From: Octopus vulgaris
Taxonomy: Eukaryota
Direction: 5' to 3'
Length of the DNA: 64,000 nucleotides
Assembly (NCBI GenBank): GCA_951406725.2
Contig: OX597823.1
Coordinates: forward strand, 57,474,001 to 57,538,000
In this document: positions 1-11,201 of the stretch, one piece after another
Numbering within the stretch: position 1 is the stretch's first letter
How the letters are laid out: each line of letters starts with the position of its first letter
Notes under the pieces: model-generated
Told to the model about the DNA's origin: nothing
Database searches by the model: none
Seen by the model: the letters and a program-made list of their open reading frames with translations, nothing else
Made by a program: the position numbers and the translations under genes

Positions 1-29
1 CACACACACACACACAGACACGCACACGT

Positions 30-60
<31 letters not shown>

Positions 61-441
61 GTGAGAGAGAGAGAGAAAAGAATACATATACTTATGTGTA
101 TCTCTATATATATGCATACATGTATATTGATGTATTTGTATGTGTGTTATGGGAGAAAGCGGGGGAGAGATGCATACGCTCATGTAGATATCAATATCAA
201 TGTGTGTGTGGTGTGTGTGTGTATGTCTTGTATGCATTTGTATATGTGTTTGTGTTATGCATATACTGACTGATTGACTCCTTGATTAAAAGGTAAAATA
301 TTGAAGTTGACAATAATAGCTATTAATTACACTCCAGGCTTTCATTTAAATGGAATTAGACATCGTAGGGTAAAACCAGATTTCTCGTTTTAGACAGAAT
401 ATGGAGAAAAGAGAGAAAAATGATTTCAGTGCAAGTTCTTC

Positions 442-618
<177 letters not shown>

Positions 619-629
619 CATACACACAT

Positions 630-990
630 GCATAACACACTGCCTGAGTTCCAATCTTGAGAAATTAGGCTTCTCAGCACCAGAAAGGAGAAAGCTGACT
701 ACAATCCAAACCATCACTGGATCTGTAAAAATCTGTAAAACTTTCCAAAATTTTATCATTTAAATATATATGCGCATGTGTAGACATGCAGTTCTGTACA
801 TGAAAATGCATACATCAAACAAGACATTCAAGTGTGCATTTGCACTGACTCCACATACTGCATGCACAGTTATACACACACAAGCAAAACTACCCTGTTG
901 ATGTTGAAATTCAAATAAAGGAGCCTTGGATCTATGTTATAAATCGCCTCTTGCGCTATAGGCAAGAAATCTTGAAATAAAACTGAATAT
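630..990 (+). mobile_element. 3' end of RLE-type (R4/Dong/NeSL-like) LINE, decayed
   Basis: Translates ITHCLSSNLEKLGFSAPERRKL..QTITGSVKICKTFQNFII*, resembling the C-terminus after the restriction-like endonuclease domain, then a 3'UTR with AATAAA. Related text recurs at 1030-1320 and 9040-9255. Family call is from recalled motifs. Confidence 0.6.
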
Positions 991-1029
991 TAACAGACAT
1001 GCATGAATGCATAAGTACTTACACTGTAG

Positions 1030-1320
1030 AAAGGATATATTTTGACAAACGGTAAGGAATTTGAAGATCCAGCACCCAAGATACACTTTCAACAATGTAC
1101 GTGCTGATCAGCCTAGAGCAAAATATGGCTGAAATTGGGATCATGGAATGAGAATACAATTTCCTAATTCATACATGACAAATGATTACAATAGTTAGGA
1201 CAATAAATAATCTGCAAGATCTTAAGATTTGAAGAATGATGAACAAAAAATGTGCTTTCCTTGTCATCCCTGCTACCAAGCAGTTGTCCAGTGAAAATTA
1301 ACTCTAAAGTAAAAGGAGAA
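1030..1320 (+). mobile_element. Scrambled RLE-type LINE fragments
   Basis: Degenerate peptides (VRNLKIQHPRY; LGIME..FLIHT.QMITIVRTI) parallel the 9076-9250 minus-strand peptide LGTLERECNSIIHMQKMITISGTTKICK. Confidence 0.45.
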
Positions 1321-1339
1321 AAATAAAACATACTTTTTA

Positions 1340-1538
1340 TTCTTTACTCTTTTACTTGTTTCAGTCATTTGTCTGTGGCCATGCTGGAGCACCGCCTTCA
1401 GTCGAGCAAACCGACCCCATGACTTATTCTTTGTATGACTAGTGCTTATTCAATCGGTCTCTTTTGCCGAACCGCTAAGTTACGGGGACGTAAACACACC
1501 AGCATCGGTTGTCAAGCGATGCTGGGAGGACAAACACA

Positions 1539-1579
<41 letters not shown>

Positions 1580-1746
1580 ACATATATATATATATATAGT
1601 TTCAGTTTCCGTCTACCAAATCCACACACAAGGCTTTGGTCGGCCCGAGGCTATAGTAGAAGACGCTTGTCCAAGGTGCTACTTAGTGTGACTGAACCCG
1701 GAACCATGTGGTTGGTAAGCAAGCTACTTACCACACACCCACTCCT
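1340..1746 (-). mobile_element. tRNA-derived SINE, family A (dominant family, internal CA/TA microsatellite)
   Basis: Family consensus on the minus strand: head GGAGTGGCTGTGTGGTAAG..GGTTCAGTCCC (A/B-box-like), CCTTGGGCAAGTGTCTT core, tail GGCGGTGCTCCAGCATGGCC..TGACTGAAAC. More than 20 copies in the window. Confidence 0.9.
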
Positions 1747-3377
1747 ACGTCTTCTCAATCTTGATTCAATTTCCGAACACCATTTTAGTTTCCTTTTAAT
1801 TGGCTGTTATTTCTGGAAAAGCGAGCGAAAATTTAGAATCACAATGGCATTAAATCACAAGAGATTAATGCTACTGTTGTTGTTTAACTCCTTATCAGCC
1901 TTGATTAAAAAATCCCAGATACAGTTTGGGTTATCAAGATTCGTTAGCCCTTTGTTTGTCCAAAGTATCTTTGCTTGTCCTAAACGTGCATGTTATTTTC
2001 ACACTTACCTTCCATAAGATTACCTTCCATAAAAATTACCATCCATAAGCCCAAAATTATAGCAGAGGTTGAAAAATTGGGAATGTGTATTATATATGAT
2101 TCATGGACGCCATATGTAATGCACATCCTTTGTATTGCATGTGATACACATGACAGGCAAAGGGTTAAGACGAGTGCATGAGATATTAGAGAGAGATTTA
2201 GCTGTTATAGTTTACAGATTAAATATCCCACAAATAGGCTCCATTAAGGTCGGATAAAGATCCGACATTCATGGAGCCTATATGCAAATAATAAAACATG
2301 AAATAAATTATCCATTTTCAAAATGAAACAAGACTAACAGTAAGATAGAAGAGAATATTTATTTTTGTATACTCCTACTTTATTGTATTTGAAAAGTTTT
2401 ATCCTACTTGTTTTAATTGCAAAGCCTTTGAGAAGATCCGCACAGTGGCACCTTGAATAATTTCAAATTATATTTCTGATCATATAAACCACTTCGTATA
2501 ATATACTAGAAAGTTTAAAGTTGTTTCTTTTGTGCCGTAAACCATTTACCAGTTAAGTACTAAGATTGATTCAATCGATTTCACACCCTCCACGCAAAGA
2601 CCGCTGACTCTGCCAAAATTGGAAACCATTATTTGGCACGTATTCAGGGCATTAGCTTATGCAAAGGTGATGCCCCGCATCACACTACACTGGATTATTT
2701 TGCTTAATGGCTTATCCGGCGCTGGGCTCTATCACTGACTGATCAAAAAGGTGTTCGATGCCGGGCTAACAGACATATCACATATTGCTTATATCTATCC
2801 TAATTTCTTATTAACACTACCCACCCCGATGCCTTCGCGAAATGAAAAATGGTCGTTTTTGTATGTCGTCGTAGAAGCCTAATAAGATGCACTTGGTTCG
2901 AATGAGTTTCTGAATAGAATCGGCGGCAGTAATTTGAACGGATATAAATATAACGTAAGTATTAAAATATGAAGTGCAAATACGTGACTCATAAAGAACA
3001 CGTATTGGAAATAGTAAAATGACTCAATAGTCTAATTACATACGAACTTATATCCCCGCTCTCTGTATATGTATATACATACATACACACACACGCACAC
3101 ACACACACACACATACACACACACACACACACACAAATATATATAGATAGATAAATATATATGTACATATATATATATATATGTATATTTATATATATAT
3201 CCATCTATTTGTCTGTCTGTCTATCTGTATGTTCGTCCGTAGTTACTTCTTTCACTTCCTCTTTCTGTTTGTATGTGTGTGTGTGTGTGTATGTGTGTGT
3301 GTGTGTGTGTGTTGAAATGTATCTGTGTATTTGCATGTTTGTTTTGTGTATGATGAGTATTTTTGTATGTTATGTAC

Positions 3378-3422
<45 letters not shown>

Positions 3423-3509
3423 CACATACATGCATAAACATATATATATATATACATATATACATATATATATATACATATGCATTTATATGTGTGTGTG
3501 TGTGTGTGT

Positions 3510-3547
<38 letters not shown>

Positions 3548-4750
3548 AAGAAAGAGAAAATAGATAGAGAGGAGTTTATAGTAATCTAAAATGGAGCCAA
3601 AGGAAGAGAGAAGTCACTGTGCCTGTAGAGTAATAATTGGTACGATTTGAAAAACTCAACGGTCCATAGACAACAGTAATTTCGTCCTCGAACGAGAAAT
3701 TTCGAACAGTGGCATTACTTGAAATGAATGTTCTTGTTTATGTACTTTTGAAGTGTGAAGATTCTCAAAAGTGCAAGTCGTGGTCTGTTTTTAAATAAAA
3801 GTCAATGAAGTTATATTTTAATTTCAAAAATAAAATACATGATACATACTACCATACATTTTAGCAAAAGAAACACACCCATTTTAAGAAATTGCTTAGA
3901 ATAAGTATTTCCACCTTGGGTGAATCAATTTGCTAATATGAAACATAACTTCATTATGAAACAGAAATCAGGGATGCGTTCAATGCTTTACAGGACATAT
4001 ACGTGTTTCAACAAATTACTGAAACGCGCGTATGTTCTATAAAGCATTTCGTCTGTCTTTAAGTTCGTCTTTTCGTCCGTCTTTACGTTCTGAGTTAAAA
4101 TTTCACCGAGGTGCTCATCCTTTCAGGATTGGTAAGTAAAATAATACCAGTTAAGTACTAAGACTGATGTAATCGATTTCACACACTCTGCTCAAAAACT
4201 CTCTGCCAAAATTGGAAGCCATTATTTGGCACGTATTCAGGGCATTAGCTCATGCATAGGTGATGCCCCGCATAAACGCTCCTGCATAAAGATCTACCCT
4301 GCCTCCTTCGCAAATTATTGGTTATAGATCATTAAGAAGCATTCAGAAATTCATTTAGCTTCATAGTGTATGAAATATTTAGTGAGTGTTTATGTTTTTA
4401 ATAGTTCGGCATTAATTGTTATAAGAGAATATCTATTTATGTACAGCTTTCCTTAGCAAATAATCCGTTTGCTGAATTCTGTAAACAGCAATCACAAGTC
4501 GTGTAAAGATTGGGTGTTTCGGAATTATGACTGAAAGGACACAATGAGGGCAAAACAGCGGTGTCTCAAAGTCTTCGTTTATAACTAAATCAAATGCGTC
4601 TGTAAAATCGTCTAATAGGAGCAGATGTTCTCCGAAGGTAAAATACAATAGCAAATGTCAAATTCACTTTCAAATCTGTCAAAAGAGAATATACACATCA
4701 TAGCTTTGACTCTCGCTGTTTTTCGTGCTCATGATAAGGTATTGTTGGAT

Positions 4751-5136
4751 GGGAGGCGCAATGGCCCAGTGGTTAGGGCAGCGAACTCGCTGTCGTAGGA
4801 TCGCGGTTTCGATTCCCAGACCGGGCGTTGTGAGTGTTTATTGAGCTAAAACACCTAAAAAAGCTCCACGATCTCCGGCAGGGATGGTGGTGATCCCTGC
4901 TGTACTCTTTCACCACAACTTTCTCTCACTTTTACTTCCTGTTTCTGTTGTACCTGTATTTCAGAGGGCCGGCCTTATCACTCTCTGTGTCACGCTGAAT
5001 ATCCCTGAGAACTACGTTAAGGGTACACGTGTCTGTGGAGTGCTCAGCCACTTACACGTTAATTTCACGAGCAGGCTGTTCCGTTGATCGGATCAACCGG
5101 AACCCTCGTCGTCGTAACCGACGGAGTGCTTCCACC
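4751..5136 (+). mobile_element. tRNA-derived SINE, head B + tail P, full length
   Basis: Head with TGGCCCAGTGG (A box) and GTTTCGATTCCC (B box). 10-bp target-site duplication ATTGTTGGAT at 4741-4750 and 5137-5146. Partial copy at 40630-40915. Confidence 0.9.
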
Positions 5137-6192
5137 ATTGTTGGATATTTCAAGTTTAAGAAATAACGTTATAACTGTAAATTTGAGTATCAAAATTGTA
5201 ATGAGAATATCTAAAAACCTGGAATATCGACGCTTTCGCTCTTTACTGTTTGGTAATTCACTAACATATATCTAGAAAGAAGAATAGAACAAAACATGGA
5301 GTAGAAGAATATATAGAAGAAAAATGAGAACAGAAATAATAATTAGAACAATTAAATGAATAGAAACTAGGCCTTAAGGTTTTTCATCCGATTCAAGCTG
5401 TATTCAATCTAGACAAGTTATGAAGTAAATTGTACTTAAATTATAAACAACTAAAATTTGATCAATGGAGCGTGGTTGAAAATCAAGAGATATTTATCTA
5501 AAAAGACTTCTTTTTGATGGGTATTTCCGATTAAAAATGAAAGAAAACGTAGAATCACACTGAAGAGGAAGCGTTGAACATAATCTTTTGAAACGTTTAT
5601 TGACTAATACGCTCAGTTTTCACAACTGGATTTTGAACGTGTATGTATGAGCGTGGGTATATGTGAATGCATGCGCTTGCGTCAGTGTGCCTATTCGCGC
5701 CCGTGTATTCGTGTGCTTAAGTTTGTGTATGCGCGTATGCAGGCATATAAGTGATCTTTTACTTGTTTTAGTCATGGGGCTGCAGCAGCCTTGAAGGGTT
5801 ATGGCAATCAAACTGGCCCTTTACTTAATGCTAATCTGGAGAATATAATACTCTCGACAAACTTCTAAAATTCATTCAGGGGGTTTAAAAACCGACAATA
5901 GCTGTCAAGTGCTAACAACATCCATGTGCGACGGGTTTCCAATTTCCAGTTACTAATTACACTCGTAATGGATAAGCAGGCCTGGTGCTATAATACGAAA
6001 AACGTAGTAATCTGACTTTGAAAGGACAAGGTTGCAAATCGAGCTTCTTAGACATAGCTGAAAATAAGAAGTTACAAAAAGAGCTTCTTAAAACAGACAT
6101 CCTTACAATGCGATATGTAGTTCATTACACGTTAACGTTCTTCACATGTCTCATTTTATAGGCATGTATATATATATATATATATATATATA

Positions 6193-6378
6193 GTGAGAAT
6201 TTACAGAAAAACAAAAGACGAAGACGGGTGTGTAGACAATAACAAGATGTATTAGTTGAACGCTCAGGAAGTGAGAAAGTCTTTTGCGTTTCGAGCCTAG
6301 GCTTTTCGACGGAAAGGAACACAGAAATAACCAGGGAGAGAAAATAGAAAAAGGTTTAGTGGTTAGCAATCTATCATA
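6193..6378 (-). mobile_element. Penelope-like terminal-repeat fragment with degenerate hammerhead motif
   Basis: Reverse complement of the repeat at 32237-32420. Contains CCGTCGA-A-AAGC-CTAG-GCTC-GAA-ACGC. Confidence 0.55.
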
Positions 6379-7008
6379 TATATATATCATAAGAGCACAC
6401 AATGCACCTACCTGCTAGAAAGAGGTTTTAAAACCTTCAGTTAAACCACCATTAACATTGAAAAAATTCAATAGAAAAACAACGGTTGTCGGGCGAACAG
6501 GTTAAAGAACTTTGACATACCAAAACAGCTCAATGCTATATGTTTTGGTATTTGGATACACTTGAAATGTATTTGGATACATTTCTTGTTCTGGCGAAAA
6601 GCCTCAACCTTTATTAGCAAGTTTTACCAAGTGAAAAACTCTGAACTCGTCACGTTGAAGTCTGCCGGCGTTCTGAATTGTTTTGTACTAAAATCAGAAC
6701 AGCTTCAGTGTAAATATATATTAATAATGAATAAATATTCAGAAGTGAATATTTATATAGATATTACTATTTTTATTGTTATCTGCGGTAAATATAAATA
6801 GTTGATAATAACAACAACAATCATATAGGTGGTAGCAAGCCTTAAATAACTGAGGGTTTTGACTCCTCTCTGTAAATGTTTATTCTGTAGTTATCTAATG
6901 CTATTTAAAGCCTGCAACATATAATACACATACATGTATGTATATACACGCATAAATTCATACATATACACATATATATGTTCACACACACACGTATATA
7001 TGTGTATA

Positions 7009-7044
<36 letters not shown>

Positions 7045-7123
7045 TGTATGTATGTATGTATGTATGTATGTATGTATGTATACGGAGATGCACTTAATCT
7101 GAGATCGTGTGCTGAAACAAAAA

Positions 7124-7402
7124 CAATTACAGCGTGGAAGGTGTTTATAACCCATTTAAAGAACACACAAAACCGTTAGATTCACTTCAACATTTAAATT
7201 TAATTTGTGTCAAAATATTTTCATCGCTTTGAATCCACGACCTGTTCACTGAGACGCAGCACGAAATTTTGTCAGTGAACAGGTTGCGGTTTCAAAGCGA
7301 CGAAATTATTTTGACACAAATTAAATTTAAATGTTAAAGTGAATCTAAAGGTTTTTTGGGTGTTTTTAAATAGCTGATAATCACCTTCCACGCTGTAATT
7401 GT
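7124..7402. repeat. Long inverted repeat (about 130-bp arms) of a Penelope-like terminal repeat
   Basis: CAATTACAGCGTGGAAGGTG...CCTGTTCACTGA pairs with TCAGTGAACAGG...CACCTTCCACGCTGTAATTG, with a spacer of about 19 bp. Each arm carries a hammerhead-like fold. Confidence 0.85.
7270..7316 (+). ncRNA. Minimal type I hammerhead-like motif, G3:C8 core variant (mirror copy on minus strand, 7206-7252)
   Basis: TGTCA-GTGAACA-G-GTTGC-loop-GCGAC-GAA-ATTATT-T-TGACA. The other arm gives GTCGT/GCGAT and palindromic AATATT. Confidence 0.55.
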
Positions 7403-7452
7403 ATATATGTATATACATACATACATACACACACACACACATACATACACAA

Positions 7453-7487
<35 letters not shown>

Positions 7488-7616
7488 CATTCATGCGCAC
7501 ACACTCACACACACATATAGTGATGATACAATATAATTTTATGATGTTCCGAAAGAACGTGAATTTATTATTTATTTTGGGGTCGGGGTGAAATGTTTAC
7601 ATGAAGGGATAAATAA

Positions 7617-8819
7617 CACTGGTCAAGAAATGCTTTCTGGCACAAGGTTAATCAATAGTTTTTCGATAATTTGTGGGTGCTGAATCCAAATCTGGCATCA
7701 CATTTTGTCTAACACATCAGATTTTTGAGATATAAAATCTTTTAGTTTTTGCTAGTAACAGCTATTTAATGCTCATAAACAAAAAAATAAACATACGTTC
7801 AAACAAATTTTAACAGACTATGTTCTCTTTTTTTTTTTAAACCCAATAAACCAAAACACAAAATTGTAAGAGTAAATGAACATTAGTATTTTAAAGTCAA
7901 TATTAGTGATAAAAATATATGAATGCAAAATTTCTTTTCAATGTGGTCATTCATTCTGATCATATTATTACTGCAAGATCTTCCCTTTTTTTGACAATCT
8001 CTTGTGCACAGCTTCTAGAATATCTCTCATCAAGCTCCAACAGTAATCTGCCATCATGTTTAAGTCCCATTGGACTTGGTGATGTTCTTCCATTAATTTT
8101 ACAACTTGATGAAAGCGTTCGCCTTATTCTTCGCTAACATCATCCACGTTTTCTGGAAACTCACCCAAGTAACTGCATAGGTAGTGCTATTGAAGGCTCA
8201 TTCTACATCCCAGATCTTACAAACTAAAGACTAGCTTCTCCACTATCTCTTAATAGTTGTCAGCTTTACTATTCTCAAGGAAATCCCGCACCACATCAGA
8301 AGAAGCATTCCAAGCTCTAGTTTCAGCCGCGCTCATTGTTATAACAAAATGTTGATCCCTGAGGAGTGTTCTTATCTGAGGTTCATCAAATATTCCTGCC
8401 TTCTTATCGCCAATGCGACTTAGAAAGGTTGTACATATATATCCGAAGCAGTCTTCAATGTCATCAAGAGCTTTAATGAATTGCCCCATCACACCAAGTT
8501 TCAACACAGGCTTTGCAAACTTCGTCGCGAACCCAGGTTTTGGTCTTGTCTCTAAGTGCTATTTTAAAGTAAGCAAGATACACCTTCTTGACAAAGTTTT
8601 TAACGTTGAACCTTTGAATCTGTGGAGTGAATCCCCGCAAGCATTGGTGCAAAGTTAATGTTTGGTCTGCTCCGGGTAAATAAGGGTATGTATCGATGGC
8701 ACAAAATAAAATGTAATAGAACAAATCTGAGGTCACATTTTGAATCAGCACTCAAAAATTAATCTAAAACAGCTCTAAGATTTTATACCAGAGAATCACA
8801 TTTAATTTGTCGACCATTG
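7617..8819 (-). mobile_element. Chapaev3 (CMC superfamily) DNA transposon, internally deleted
   Basis: Imperfect TIRs CACTGGTCAAGAAAT / ATTTGTCGACCATTG flanked by a TAA 3-bp TSD. Subterminal inverted repeats at 7677-7711 and 8720-8751. Transposase remnants: KKVYLAYFK..VCKACVE, KLGVMGQFIKALD..AGIFDEPQIR, GERFHQ..MMADYCWSL. Confidence 0.85.
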
Positions 8820-9039
8820 TAATAACATAAATATTAGCTTTCTATCGAATAAGGTCTTACAGCAGAATATTTGTATGCTATCATTTATAGCTTTATGTTT
8901 CTCGAGATTCTGTCTTCCAATACATGCATACATACATGTGTACATACATACATACATGCATGCATACATACAGACATATATATACGTATGTATCTTTTTT
9001 TTAAATTCAGAGTAAATCTTGACTAGCCACCTACTTGGT

Positions 9040-9255
9040 AGCAAGGTTGTAAAAGAACTCTTCTTCTTTTAAACATCATCCTTTAAATCGTAAGGAAGTC
9101 TTGCAGATTTTTGTCGTTCCAGATATCGTGATCATTTTTTGCATATGAATTATGGAGTTGCATTCTCTCTCCAAAGTCCCAAGTTCAGCCATATTTTGTT
9201 CCAGATAGCCTGGCATGTATCCTGCTGCTCTAATATTAATAGGTATGAAGCTCAA
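9040..9255 (-). mobile_element. 3' end of RLE-type LINE, decayed
   Basis: SFIPINIRAAGYMPGYLEQNMAELGTLERE..ITISGTTKICKTSLRF, homologous to the peptide at 630-763. Confidence 0.55.
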
Positions 9256-9264
9256 AATGAAATG

Positions 9265-9700
9265 GCAATGACGATGATAATTATGAGGTTGACGATGACA
9301 AAGACGACGATAACGATGATGATAATGATTATGATGACAACTGCAATGACGACGATGATGGTGACTACAATGATGATGATGCTGATAATGATGTCGATGA
9401 TGATGGTCATGATGATGATTACAAAGTGAACGTTGACGACAATAATGATGATGATAATGATGATGATGACTACGACAACGAGGACGAGAAAAATGATTGA
9501 TGATGGTGATGATGATGATGATTGATTGATTGATGATGATGATTGATGATTGATGGTGACGTTTGATGAATGAGGATGACTGACGAGGATTGATGAGAAT
9601 GATGACGAGTGATGAGAGTGATGACAATGACAGGGACGATTGTAATGATGGCGGCGTTGATAATGATGGCGGTGCTGATGCTGACGACGACGAAGATTAT
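9265..9700. repeat. Degenerate (GAT/GAC)n trinucleotide repeat
   Basis: Directly visible. It produces the poly-His/Met/Ile ORFs. Confidence 0.95.
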
Positions 9701-10084
9701 CATGTTCCACTAAGTAACCAACATTAACATTACCCCCTCCCTTCCATTTACATTTTCCTCCCTACTAACATCACCGCTAATACCAGAAGCATCAACGTCA
9801 ATCACATCACAAATACAGCATCCACAAAAGCAATAACAACAGTTGCCATGATGTTAGCAGTAAATAATCTCATTTCCATAAAAGTAAACCAAAATTTTCC
9901 AGACTAAGCTAATATATTAATTAAAGTAAATAAAACGTTTCCCATCTCTCTCCAACTCACTATCATTGTTTTCTCCTCATCATACACACACACACACACC
10001 TATCTGCTTCCATACATTTACACACACACACACACACGCACACAGATACACACGCATACACACACTTATTTAAATAAAGTGCAT

Positions 10085-10092
10085 ATATATTC

Positions 10093-10178
<86 letters not shown>

Positions 10179-10240
10179 TATATACACATACATATATACA
10201 CATATACATATATATATATATATATACATACATACATACA

Positions 10241-10324
<84 letters not shown>

Positions 10325-10330
10325 TATATA
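10085..10330. repeat. (TA)n microsatellite
   Basis: Directly visible. Confidence 0.97.
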
Positions 10331-10930
10331 TGTAAATATTCATTGCCATTTAATCTCACTTTCTCTGCCTATCTTTTGCTCTCCGCTCATATTTTTTTTT
10401 CGCCTCTCTGAACTCAGTGCAAATAAATTTGTGGAAACTTTTAGTAAAGTTTTAACGATAATGATTTAATTGATTAACTTTTCAACAAATTATACGAACA
10501 CACATTACCGTAACTGAGACAGAATTGTAGAAATGCATGAAAATTGAGCGACACTTATGGAATTATAGAATTACTTAATTTTGTATCGGTTGTGTTTGCT
10601 TGCTGCCTTGTTGTTATTGTTATTTTTTCATTATGCTAATGTTGTTTCTGCTGAATAACAAACTCTTGAAGCAAACAAGAGGAAAATATATATAATGAAA
10701 GATAGCAAAACTGTTGCTGCTCAAATTATTTATATTACACTGATTCCGTTTTTAATTGGAAGCAAATTATGGAATGAAATATCTTAGTTGTTGTCATCGT
10801 CGTCATCGTCGATGCATAGGCTCAGAGCAGTCCCCATTGAACAGAGATATCATTAAAGGTTTTCCAGCAGTGACCATCACTACTATCTTGCTTTTAAGAA
10901 GTGTATATTTAGCAATACGTTATCTGATTA

Positions 10931-11201
10931 AAATAAATAATAAATGCGCCCTTTTAAAGTCTAGCCAGGCTCATGGGCCTGGTTTCCCGGTATCAATGGC
11001 GTATGTGTTCCCCAGCTGGACGGGACGCCAGTCCCTCCCCTCGCAGCGTTACTCATTTTTGCCAGCTGAGTGGACTGGAGCAACGTGAAATTAATTGTTT
11101 TGCTCAAGAATACAACGCGTCGCTCGGTCCAGGAATCGAAACCATAATCTTACGATCATGATGTTGACACCCTAACCACTAAACCACGCACCTCCACCAC
11201 A
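10931..11201 (-). mobile_element. tRNA-derived SINE, head C + tail Q
   Basis: Head GGAGGTGCGTGGTTTAGTGGTTAGGG, TTCTTGAGCAAAACA core, tail GGACTGGCGTCCCGTCCAGC..ACCGGGAAACC. 11-bp TSD TTATCTGATTA at 10920-10930 and 11202-11212. Confidence 0.88.

Noticed and set aside
1442-2017. 191-aa ORF and similar recurring peptides (SFRLPNPLTR, YQIHSQGFGRPEAIVEDTCPRCHAVGLNPEPCGW)
   Set aside because: Read-through of family A SINE copies. The recurrence reflects the repeat, not a protein family.
2860-2960. Possible plus-strand exon ending at a GTAAGT donor
   Set aside because: The better upstream acceptor gives stops in all three frames, and the only open frame needs a poor acceptor.
4433-4654. 73-aa ORF with a faint resemblance to an ionotropic-receptor S2 segment
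   Set aside because: TTG start, in-frame stops between it and the nearby splice acceptor, and similarity too weak to support.
9252-9710. His-rich or Met/Ile-rich ORFs resembling metal-binding or membrane proteins
   Set aside because: Degenerate (GAT)n repeat, open in several frames on both strands.
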